From Octopus vulgaris (taxonomy: Eukaryota), in the NCBI GenBank assembly GCA_951406725.2, contig OX597825.1:46376001-46440000 (forward strand): a DNA stretch of 64,000 bases, written 5' to 3'. A program made the translations under genes and the position numbers. Below are positions 53,334 through 64,000 of this stretch, one piece after another (positions within the stretch are counted from its first letter, which is position 1; every line of letters starts with the position of its first letter). The notes under the pieces were generated by a model that ran no database searches, was not told the origin of the DNA, and worked only from the letters and a program-made list of their open reading frames with translations.

Positions 53334-54670
53334 TCTCTTATTATAAAAGGCAGATTTTATCTGCCTCCCTTTGTCTCTTATAGAAATCTACAATATAGGA
53401 TTTCTTCAATTACAATTTACCTAGCATTTTTAAGAGTAGAATGCATCGGGTCGTGCCAGGTCCGGTTTTTAAAATTTCAACCCCAATTAAGCAAAATTTA
53501 GAGAAAACTCACATTGTGGTGTATAAGTCAAATGCTTTTCTTAGTGTGGGCTACAGCACACGCACACACACACACACACAAACGGAGCGAACTGTTTCAC
53601 TGACGCTATGACACTAATTTCTCCTCCTTCCTCTTTGCAAGTGTGCAACGATTAAAGTGAAAGTAATTCACTTTTTGTAGTGAGTGACTCTTTCACTCTG
53701 CATTCCCACTTCCTCTTTACACACATAGACACGCAACTATATAAATAAAATTGTAAGCTAACGTGTGTGTGTGTGTGTGTGTGTGTGCGTGTGTGTGAGT
53801 GTGTGACAGGAAAGTTTTTTAGGACGAAAATAAGATCTAAAGTTATCTCTAAGAAACAGAAAGATCGCCCAAAAGTGTATATAGATATTTAAATGTATTT
53901 ATATATTCATCTATACACACATGTATGTATAATGTGCGTGTATATATTTCCATAGAGGTAACCATTCAATCCGTACAAAGTTTTTTAGGACGAAAATATC
54001 TCTTATTATAAAAGGCAGATTTTATCTGCCTCCCTTTGGGAGTTATACAAATCTACAATATAGGATTTCTTCAATTACAATTTACCTAGCATTTTTAAGA
54101 GTACAATGCATCGCGTCATGCCAGGTCCAGTTTTTAAAATTTAAACTCCAATTAAGCAAAATTTACAGAAAACTCACATTCTGGTGTGTGTGTCAAATGC
54201 TTTTCTTAGTCTGGTTTACAGCACACGCAAACGCACACACACAGTGTGCAATGAATAAACTGAAACTAATTCACTGTGTGTTGACAGGTAGAAAATAGAA
54301 TGCGATGGCGATGGCTATGGCGATGGCGATGGCTATGGCGATGGCGATGGCGATGGCTATGGCGATGGCGATGTAATATTTGTTTCTCTCTATAACGCTC
54401 ATAAAAGCATTGATGTACATGTGTGCGTGCGTGAGTGTGTGTGTGTCATTCCTCACACACACGCATACACATACATATATGAGAGTGGCAAACACAAACG
54501 TTTCAAACAACTACATACAAACACGTGTGTGTTTGTTATTAGTAAAAAAAGGCGCCAAAACACAACTCACTTATCATTCCAACACATTTGCAAAGACACA
54601 CGGACGGTCGAATAACAATACAGAAAAGGTAAATTGGTTTTTATTTTACTCTGTATATATTTTATTATAT
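53334..54670 (+). mobile_element. Two tandem Helitron-like family B 5' segments, including (ATGGCG/T)n at 54300-54372
   Basis: A|TCTCTTATTATAAAAGGCAGATTTTATCTGCC at 53334 and 53999; the first segment is an inverted match to about 21000-21736. Confidence 0.7.
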
Positions 54671-54672
54671 AA

Positions 54673-55065
54673 CTAGCAGTATCGCCCGGCATTGCTCGGG
54701 TTTGTAAGGGAAATAATTATATAAGCATTTTTAGAGATGTGAAGTATAATAGCCATCTCAATATGGCTAACCACAAAGGGGGAGGGGTGTTACTGTAGCT
54801 TTTTACGTTCTGAGATTTAATAATAAATTTTAGAGAGTTACTTCCCTTATATATGTCAAAAATGGATTAAAAATGGGAAAAATTGATGGTAAATTTTTTT
54901 AAATCGTAGACTCATCGTAGACGCGCGCTAATACCCAGACGGTCTCGATATGAATCACGACTATAAGATACCCGGTTTTGGTTAAACTGCACCGCAAAAT
55001 GTGGGAGTAGTTAGGAATCTAAATCGTAGGAGACAGACACACAACCTCACTTTTATATATAAAGA
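54673..55065 (-). mobile_element. Complete non-autonomous Helitron of about 390 bp (family A)
   Basis: Minus strand A|TC start, 3' hairpin CCCGAGCAATGCCGGG and CTAG|T end. Confidence 0.88.
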
Positions 55066-55128
55066 TTTCCTCTATTTACATAATATTGAGGTCTCTTTCT
55101 TTCTTTTGTTATCTTACTGTTTTTACCA

Positions 55129-55165
<37 letters not shown>

Positions 55166-55237
55166 TATATATAGTTACAGAGATGTACTTGCATAGCAAG
55201 TGACTTGATCTGAGATCGTGTGCTGGAACGAAAACAG

Positions 55238-55496
55238 TTGCAGCGTTGAAGGTGTTTATAAGCCATTTAAGAAACACACAAAAACCGTTAGATTCACTTC
55301 AACATTTAAATTTAATTTGTCAAAATATTTTCATCGCTTTGAGACCGCGACCTGTTAGCACGATATTTTTGTCAGTGAACAGGTCGTGGTCTCAAAGCGA
55401 CGAAAATATTTTGGCAAATTAAATTTAAATGTTGAAGTGAATGTAACGGTTTTTGTGTGTTTCTTAAATGGCTTACAAACACCTTCCACGCTGCAA
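55238..55496. mobile_element. Inverted repeat (about 118-bp arms), Penelope-like remnant
   Basis: 55238-55356 pairs with 55378-55496; a related degenerate copy lies at about 11440-11710. Confidence 0.75.
55368..55418 (+). ncRNA. Hammerhead-like motif with a G3-C8 swap
   Basis: TTTGTCA-GTGAACA-G-GTCG(loop)CGAC-GAA-AATATT-T-TGGCAAA. Confidence 0.6.
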
Positions 55497-55514
55497 TATA
55501 TATATACACACATA

Positions 55515-55545
<31 letters not shown>

Positions 55546-55584
55546 GTGTATATGTGTATGCATGTATGTGTGTGTGTGTGCGTG

Positions 55585-55798
55585 TCTGTGCTTGTGATTG
55601 TCCTCCACCACTGCTTGACAACGAATGTTGGTTTGTTTACATCCCTGTCACCTAGTGGTTTGACAAAGGAAACAGATAGAATAAGTACAATGCTTACAAA
55701 AATAAAACGAGTTGATTCATTAAACTACAATTCTTCAAGGCATTGCCCCAGCATGGCCACAGACCAATGGCTGGAAAAAGCAGAAGAATAAAAGAATA
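55585..55798 (+). mobile_element. SINE 3' half (same family as 41503-41916)
   Basis: gcttgacaac...gatagaataagtac...ccccagcatggccacag...(aaaagaat) tail. Confidence 0.75.
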
Positions 55799-55861
55799 CA
55801 TTCTCTGCTTTGGTCTTATGTTCAAGGCATGAGAAAGCTTGAGTTTACATGAGAAGGCCTA

Positions 55862-56235
55862 ACAGACCTGGTAGAAACAGCAGCCAAATCTCCCTCAAAT
55901 CACACCTTACTGTCATGTATGTATATATATATGAGCCAATGAGGGGGACCTCTACATGGTAGCTAGACCTGGTAGAAATAGCAGCCACATTTCCCCCAAA
56001 TCACACCTTACTGTCTTATCTATGTATATATGTATGTATGAGCCTATGAGGGAGACCCCTACATGGCAGCTAGACCTGGTAGAAATAGCAGCCAAATTTC
56101 CCCCAAATCACACCTTACTGTCTTATCTATGTATATATGTATGTATGAGCCTATGAGGGAGACCCCTACATGGCAGCTAGACATGGTAGAAATAGCAGCC
56201 AAATCTCCCTCAAATCACACCTTACTGTCTTATCT
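55862..56235. repeat. Minisatellite, 107-bp period, about 3.5 copies
   Basis: agacctggtagaaatagcagccaaat...cacaccttactgtc repeated; identical ORF starts at 55956, 56063 and 56170. Confidence 0.9.
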
Positions 56236-56740
56236 TTCTGCTACTTGGATATAGGTGTTATATTCGTCGTAAAAAACTTTCCTGTCACACACTCACGCAC
56301 ACGCACACACACACACACGCACCCTCACACACACACACACGCGCACACCCACACACACCCAGTCACACACACGCACGTTAGCTTACAATTTTATTTATAT
56401 ATTTGCGTGTCTATGTGTGGAAAGAGGAAGTGGGAAGCAGAGTGAAAGAATCACTCACTACAGTAAGTCAATTACTTTCATTTTATTCGTTGCCCACTGT
56501 GTGTGTGCGTTTGCGTGTGCTGTAAACCAGACTAAGAAAAGCATTTGACACACACACCAGAATGTGAGTTTTCTGTAAATTTTGCTTAATTGGAGTTTAA
56601 ATTTTAAAAACTGGACCTGGCATGACGCGATGCATTGTACTCTTAAAAATGCAAGGTAAATTGTAATTGAAGAAATCCTATATTGTAGATTTGTATAACT
56701 CCCAAAGGGAGGCAGATAAAATCTGCCTTTTATAATAAGA
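56236..56740 (-). mobile_element. Helitron-like family B 5' segment
   Basis: Inverted match to 53999-54270 and to part of 53690-53830. Confidence 0.7.
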
Positions 56741-56846
56741 TATTATATATAGATATATGTATATATAATTGCAGTATGAAACAGTGTTTATGTATAAACA
56801 GACGACACTTATATATAGTTATTAATAAATGTATGCATCCGTTTAA

Positions 56847-57668
56847 CCCTTTCGTTACCAAACCGCCCGAAAAAAATTTTGGTTAATGTGACCAAGCCGC
56901 CCGAATTTACCTATTCATATTTAAATGAGAATATCAGAGTAAATCTCTTTAGAACATTCGTGAAAACACGTATTATACTTCGTAAACAGTTCAACTACAG
57001 TTTTGTACAAAAATCGAAGTGTAATTTTAATTCCGTGAATTATGGGAGACTTTTTTCCGAAATTTGTTCCTATTGTGTTTTCAAAATTTGTAATTCTGAC
57101 AAAAAATGGATACGAATTTCATTATATCAAGCAGCGAGTCAGAATTCGAAGGATTTTCTACTGAAGACCTTCATAAATATAACTCTATGACTGAAAAAAA
57201 AAGCATGTGGTATTTGATCTCAACCTAAACAAAGCGAAAGAAACGATAGTTTGTTATTTCCCACAACCTTAAATGAAATTAAGGCCTATTTTGCCATAAA
57301 TATTATTATCGGTATTAGAAAGTTACCCAGAATAACAAATTCTATCGTAAAATTTTGTTGTATACCCAATTGAATATTAGCTAATAACCCATTTTCTATA
57401 GCGATGTTTGAACAAAATTTTAATAATTTTATATATTGTTGAATTTACCTGTATCTACCTGCAATTAGAGTCACTTTGTGACAAAAATTATAGTATAGAA
57501 TTGGTTGAGAACATTTCACTAAATTATCTTCCAAAAATCAGATTAATATATTCATAAATAAAAAAGTTATAGTTTTTTAATGAAACCAGACTAAATTTAT
57601 GATTACGTTAGAAATTAATTGAAACACATAAGGGGTGTATTTTGGTCAGAAATATAGTAACGAAAGGG
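56847..57668. mobile_element. piggyBac-like MITE
   Basis: TTAA|CCCTTTCGTTAC ... GTAACGAAAGGG|TTAA. Confidence 0.88.
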
Positions 57669-57780
57669 TTAAGAAAAACCAAAAAATATTTTATTCTTTG
57701 TAAATGTTGTGTTCAAAATAACATTTTCTTTTAAGAATGTGTATATAACAAAGTATGTGTATATAACTACGTGGCTTATA

Positions 57781-59001
57781 TCTTTATATATAAGAGTGAA
57801 GTTGTGTGTCTGTCTCCTACGATTTAGATTCGTAACTACTCCCACATTTTGCGGTGTAGTTTAACCAAAAGCGGGTATCTTATAGTCGTGATTCATATCG
57901 AGCCCTTCTGGGTATTAGCGCGCGTCTACGATGAGTCTACGATTTTAAAAAAATTTACCATCATATTTTTCCATTTTAATGCATATTTTTCGTTATTATA
58001 TAAGGGAAGTAACTCTCTAAAAATATCTACGATGTGTCAACGATTTAAAAAAAAAAATTACCTTAATTTTTTTTCAATTTTTAATGCAGTTTTTTGCTAT
58101 TTTTTGGCTATAACTCTCTAAAAATGCTTATATAGTTATTTCCCTTACAAACCCGAGCAACGCCGAGCGTGTGTGTATATATTTCCATAGAGGTAACCAT
58201 TCACTCCATACAAAGTTTTTTAGGACGAAAATAAGATCTAAAGTTATCTCTAAGAAACAGAAAGATCGCCCAAAAGTGTATATAGATATTTAAATGTATT
58301 TATATATTCATCTATACACACTTGTATATTTACCATCATTTTTTTCCATTTTAATGCAAATTTTTTTTAATAAAGGGAAGTAACTCTCAAACTTCACACC
58401 AATATGCGTGCTCATATGCGACGTAATAACACATCAGCAGCATTTCCTCACACCCTCCTTGCACTTGGCGAAGGCAAAATACCAGGGGATGAAAATGGTA
58501 ATATTGCCATCGATTCCATTTGTACCATTGTTAAGACGCCTTCTGATCTGAGAGATGCAGTGTTCCCAGATCTACAAGCTAATTATCAGAATATGGATTG
58601 GATTGGCAAAAAGGCTATACTGGCCCCGAGGAATAAAACTGTTCACCATATTAATGATGAAATGCTAAAACTCATTCCTGGGGAAGTCTATGTATATCAG
58701 TCTATCGATACAACTCCTGACCCAGAGGACGTCATCAACTATCCAATAGAGGTACTCAATTCCTTTGAGCACCCCGGACTACCACCACACTTTCTCAAAC
58801 TTAAAGTTGGTGCCCCTATAATGCTCATCAGAAATTTGGTTCCCCCAAAACAATGCAATGGCACACGTTTGATCGTTAAGTCCTTTTCTCCCACCGTAAA
58901 CTTATATCAATATTTGCCTGAATAATCATCATAATTCAGTGCAATCATTAACAGTACTTTCAAGCAATTCAGCCCCGAGCAACGCCGGGCAATTCTGCTA
59001 G
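57781..59001 (+). mobile_element. Composite non-autonomous Helitron with a Pif1 helicase fragment (ORF 58404-58925)
   Basis: A|TC start, a truncated first terminator at about 58150-58168, then a second hairpin and CTAG|T at 59001; AILAPRN, GLPPH.LKLKVGAPIMLIRNL and CNGTRL motifs. Confidence 0.9.
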
Positions 59002-59419
59002 TTTTATTATAAATGCAAAACAACACCACAAAAGAATCAACATAAGCTTAAATAATAAACCGCAATATGGCAAGGGATTACTGTAAACTGCTTAGCCTAA
59101 CTTTAGTTCATTTGGACAAGAAACTTTAGAGTGTACCTCATTCAGTAATTTGGTGTTCACTAAGGAAACTAGGTGTTGACAAATGACTTATTTGGGTTGT
59201 ACAAGCCATATACAAATATGTACGGATTTAAATTATGAATTTAGCATGAGGTTAAAAGTCCATCAATGTTCAGACTCCTCCTCCACTAAGCCAAGTACCT
59301 CCACACACACACACACACACACAAAACACAGACACACACACACACATGCACATGCACACACATGCACATGCATTATATGTGTGAGCAAGAGTATACTAAT
59401 TAATCAGCCAGTTATAACA

Positions 59420-60715
59420 ATGGGCAACAATTTCTTTTTAATTTTCTGTTGCACGAGAGTTTTTACTGATTCTAACTGACTTTTTTGTGCTAATTTCAAA
59501 TCTGTAATTGGTTTTGCTCTCCATGCTCTTGCTTTTTGCAATTTGAAGATTAACTTTTTATACATTTATAGTTAAAGGTGATATATTGAGATATGTATAT
59601 CCTACTCTCAATGAATTGACCATTGTGTTTTTTCAGATCAGATCATGATTTCTTCAAGTAGACATAGATGTATGAATAGTCCTGATGACTTTTGCTATGT
59701 CTGTGGCTCCTTCACACTTATTTGTCAAAAGAACACTATCACATTGTTTGTGGGATGGGCTTATGAAACTTATTTTGGACTTCCCCTAGGTGACCAAGAC
59801 CAAAAATGGGTCCCCTCGTGTTTTGTGTCATAACTGTGAGGAAATAAAAGAAAAATGAAGGTCCTGCTGTTTGGAGTTCCTATGGTTTGGCAAGAGCCAA
59901 GGTACAACATAAGTGAATGTTATTTTTGTATTGTCAACACAAAAGGCATCAGCAAGAAAAATAGGTGTAAAATATCTTTATCCCAATATTCCTTTAGCGA
60001 TTAGACCTATTATGCACTCTGAGACACTTCCAGTTCCAGTTTTCCTTGGTTTTATCTTTTCCAAAGATGAAGCGAGTGAATGAGAGTATGAGGATGATAA
60101 TGAAGATCAAGTTCTGCTCACTGGCAACTATTTCTAGATAGTTCTAAGCACAGCCTTATGTGTGTTCTCCTACACAATAGCAATGTTTATGGAGCTGTCT
60201 CAGTTGGTCACTCAGTGTGTTTTGAAGAAGAATACAATGACATAAAAAGAGGTTATTGACCAACTAATATATCATGAGCACAACTGAACCATTTGTATAG
60301 ATTTGAAAATGGTCAATTTTTTTCCTCAGCTAACAGAAATGTTTCACAAAGTTTCCTTGCTATCTCTGCATGTGGGACATCTGAGCTCAAGAGAAACACT
60401 GGATTCAGAAGAAGTGGCCCATTTGTGAAACTCTGGAAATAGGCATGCTAAATATTGTGAATGATTCAATTGGCAGGCGAGAAAAGATTATTTTCCCACC
60501 ACTCCATATAAAGCTGGTCATCATGAAACAGTTCACTAAGTCATTGAATACAGATGGTGAATGTCTTCAACATATAGTCTCTGCATTCCCTGGTTTGCCA
60601 TTTGAGAAGATCAAAGCATATGTGTCTGACGGACCTCAGATTCATGTCTGTGTACATGATATGGAATTTGTTGGAAAGATGAACGACAAGGAAAGAGCAG
60701 CATGACTGTCATTCA
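59420..60715 (+). pseudogene. Chapaev-like (CMC) transposase relic
   Basis: NSPDDFCYVCG, GDQDQKW, VPMVW..P...CYFC, KIIFPPLHIKL and DGPQI; family assignment is from recalled motifs. Confidence 0.7.
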
Positions 60716-63700
60716 TGTGATGTATGCGGGAGATTTGAAGTAAGACACCTACCTTCTCTTCGTCGACGCAGACTTCTCCATCGGTAATGCACCCTTCCAC
60801 GTGGCCCGACTTGAATGCTAAAAATAGCAGCTGCTTTTCCCTCACCTTGCTGAAGCATTCACATGTCCAGCACTGTCAGCTACCCCGATTGAAAAGGCCC
60901 AATTGTCCCCTGCCTGCACGCGCATCACTCCTGTGCCCTTCCTCTTCTGGTCAGCTCCCCAGCTGCTAATGTCATCCCACATGCCAGCCTGATCTTAAAG
61001 ATCGCATTATCTCTACTCCACATCGAAGTCCACCATCCAACTGGGAGGGCACTTTGCATGTTGAGATCTTCTCAGGCTAGGCACCTTGTTCTCCTCCTCT
61101 CCACAATCATCATCCGATGAAACGACAATCCTGCGAAGGTCCAAGATGTGTCACAGCATTCCATCCACAGAGACATTGTTTCTGGAATTGACCACCGTCA
61201 CCATTCCTCTGCTCCATTGAGATGTACAGCGTGCCTTCAGTGGCTTAACTCAGGCTTCCTCCCCTATTTTCACGCAGGTGGGTCCCTTCTTTTCCTTGTG
61301 ACACTCCGGTGCTTTACTCAGATGCCTCCATTCATATTTAAATAGCGCTCTGTGTGGCACAGATTCTTCGGCTTGTCTGGATCGGGGAGACATGTTGTAC
61401 CAGAAAACTGCCTCCAGTGGCAAAATGTGCCCTCTTTCTGCTATGGCCTTGACTATCCAATGGTGCCTCTCTATGATTCCATTACCACTCAGCCTATATG
61501 CTGCTCTGAATAAGCGATGCACTTTCCACCGGTCGAGCATATCCCTCAACGCTTCTGAACGAAATGCCACCCCTTTATCCATTAGCAGTTCTTCCACGGG
61601 ACCCCTCTCTAAAAATATCCTGTTCAAAATCCGCTCAATCTTGTCAGCAATGCCCGTCCTCAGCTCCCTCCAAATGGCCAGCTGGCCCGCAGTCGACCAT
61701 GGAGAGATACATTCCCTGATGGTAATGCGTCACATCCACAGCTAGTCTCTTCCAGTTGTGCTCCACCAAAAGGTTTCCTTGCTCATGCCGACATGGAGCA
61801 GGGTCAATGGACTGGCACCTGTCACAGCTCCCGACCACTTTCCGGATGCTTCTCCGAGTGACATCAGCATCAATCATCTTCACGAGATACAGAGTCCTGT
61901 CCACACCCAAGTGATGCATAGCATGTAGTCTCTTAGTTTGGAGTCATCCAACTAACACACCATAGCTATCCCTTTCTTTGCCTCCTCTAGCTCTTCCAAC
62001 CACACCCTTTTCACCCTGGTCAGTGCGTCTGCCCTGTTTTTCTCCGAAGGCATGAAAACCACGTTCAGCTTCAGTCAAAACTTGGCAATCAATTCTCCTA
62101 GAACTCCTAGACATCTCCGGGGCACCTTTCGTTCGAATTCTCCTTTCACCGGTGATCACCGATCCTACCCAGCCAAGCACAGTGGCTGAATCCATTCAGA
62201 TTTTGATTGAGCGCAGCCCCCATTTCAGGGCCAAGTTCACCCCCTTCAGCACCATGTCTAATTCGGTGACATTGATGTGGTTAAAGTCATCTGCTTTCCG
62301 AAACCAGGCTGCGTCCTCCACCTCGGTGCCTTCGATCTCCAACACAACCTCTATCGCTATACTGCTAGCATCACACCAGACAGTCCCGCATTCTGTCTTG
62401 GGCACATATCAGTTCCCCCTGACCGGGTCTTCCGCTCTCGTCCTCTCTAAGATTTCCTGCATCATCGCCACTGTCCCTTCTGCCACCTTGTTGCCCTAAC
62501 TCTCCCCCTCCGCTCATCTCTTGGTGTAATTGCACGCTGTGCATAGCCATCCAGCAATCAGGTAGTGACTGACCAACTTCCCTTACACCGAGAACAGCTC
62601 TCTCCTGCTGATGCTGGAACTCAGCTCTGGGATTTCATTCCCTCTCCTGAACACCAACTCACCTGATCTATCTCTTCGCAGCTTCAGCCCCATTGCAGCT
62701 CCCCCTTCTATTGAATCTGGTGACTTCGCAATCAGCCCGAACTTCTCCAGATGTCTCACTACCTTGTTGGCTGGCACTACAGTTTCATCCACGAAAATGT
62801 CATCTATGTAGGAACTGGTGGCCTTTCTTATCTTGTCCTCTTTCCTTAGGATGGACTTAAGCACTGCCGCCATGATCTTTGGAGTGGAATTCAGTCCGAA
62901 AACCAGCCTGTTAAACAGTACATCCGGCCCTTGTACCACACCTGCTGATATCGCCACAGTTTGTCACACACATGGAACTGCAAGTATGCCGATTTCAAGT
63001 CTACAATCGTCGCTGCCTTGATCGACTGTCTCCACACACATAACGACTCACCACAAACGTCCATCGCCTTGCCTCCCATGTGGCACAATATATGCTCGTT
63101 TAGCTCTCTAAAGTCCAGCACCGGTCTGACTTTTCCCTTCGTTAGCTGCACCTCTGCCATCAGCGGTAGCATTCTGCCCACTACCTCCTCCTCCCACAAG
63201 ACAAGGACTCTTTCTTTGACCCAACTCTCTACCTCATCTTCGAACTCGATCCTGGCGTGGCCTTTCCGGGTACGCTGGTAGCAGCTCACCCTGTTCTTCA
63301 GCATCGGGGTCTTGTCTTTCCATCGCCATTCTATCATGCACTGCTGACCATCAAACGCCGTCTGAAAATCCTTGCCCTCAATGGTGTAAGCAGTGCAGTC
63401 CCTTGAAGTCACGATGGTGGTTGTGCAACCCGTATACACAAGGGCATTAAATGTCTTCCCTCAGCCTCAACATCAATTAAGGGCAGCATCTCCAAAAGCA
63501 CCTCTACTCGTTTGCAGGGAAAGCTCAAGAGGCAGCAACTTCCCTACGGTCGTTTCCCTGGTCGCAATCATGGGCGATGTGCCCTGTTTTCTTGCATCGA
63601 TAGCAGACGGACCCCGGTTGTGTACACTCCCTCACCATGTGTGACCCCTACATTTAAAATACCAGCCTGAGAACAGCTGCTGTCGTTGTACAGTAAGCTT

Positions 63701-64000
63701 CTTCGCATCTTTCTCCGGCCGTCGGCCGTCTTTATGCACCTCTGTTACTGCCATCGCTATTGCCTTCCATCCAGTGTTTCACGTCAACACAAGGACTTAA
63801 GTCACAAGTTTGCTCAGTGCCATCTTTTTGCTTCTGGGCAATTGTTGCAGTTGAATCCCTATATTGTCAGGTAACCCACTTACGAACGCCAGTTGCACTG
63901 CTCTGTCCAGCCTTCTCTCGTTAACCCAGCCAGTGTGGCCAACCTACACACCTCCGCCATGTATACATCCACCTGCTCTCTCATCCATCTAATTATGCCC
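60716..64000 (-). mobile_element. Degenerate Ty3/gypsy element (protease, RT, RNase H, integrase, 3' LTR near 60716-60930) running off the window
   Basis: ALVYTGC (degenerate DTG), RPVLDFRELN, DLKSAYLQ, YIDD, WCDASS, HHLG...CDRC and GNGIIER. Confidence 0.88.

Larger units (their letters stand above)
53208..59083. mobile_element. Pogo/Tigger-like MITE expanded by nested insertions
   Basis: TA|CAGTAATCCCTTG ... CAAGGGATTACTG|TA. Confidence 0.75.

Noticed and set aside
55862-56235. Regularly spaced repeats resembling a CRISPR array
   Set aside because: Whole 107-bp units are duplicated with no unique spacers, the context is eukaryotic and there are no cas genes.

Overview
This is AT-rich eukaryotic DNA made almost entirely of nested transposable elements and microsatellites, with no confidently identified host gene. 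It is probably cephalopod/octopus, inferred from the SINE family and the very long (TA)n tracts. A (TA)n array at about 21.7-46.0 kb holds four CR1-like LINEs (one with an intact EN+RT ORF2), a Penelope-like RT/GIY-YIG fragment, a full-length RTE LINE, a solo LTR and a tRNA-derived SINE. Elsewhere there are Ty3/gypsy relics, a Tx1 LINE inside a solo LTR, hAT, DD37D (maT) and Chapaev-like transposase relics, non-autonomous Helitrons (two carry a Pif1 helicase fragment), and pogo-, piggyBac- and MULE-like MITEs. The most interesting signal is a set of self-cleaving ribozyme motifs found by eye. Several type-I hammerheads sit in inverted, Penelope/retrozyme-like remnants, and their core 3-8 pair covaries (C-G, U-A, G-C). 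A CPEB3-like HDV ribozyme lacking P4 begins exactly at the 5' end of the RTE. The CR1 elements also show a candidate -1 frameshift joining a CCCH-finger ORF1 to ORF2. All calls come from manual reading; no searches or folding programs were run.
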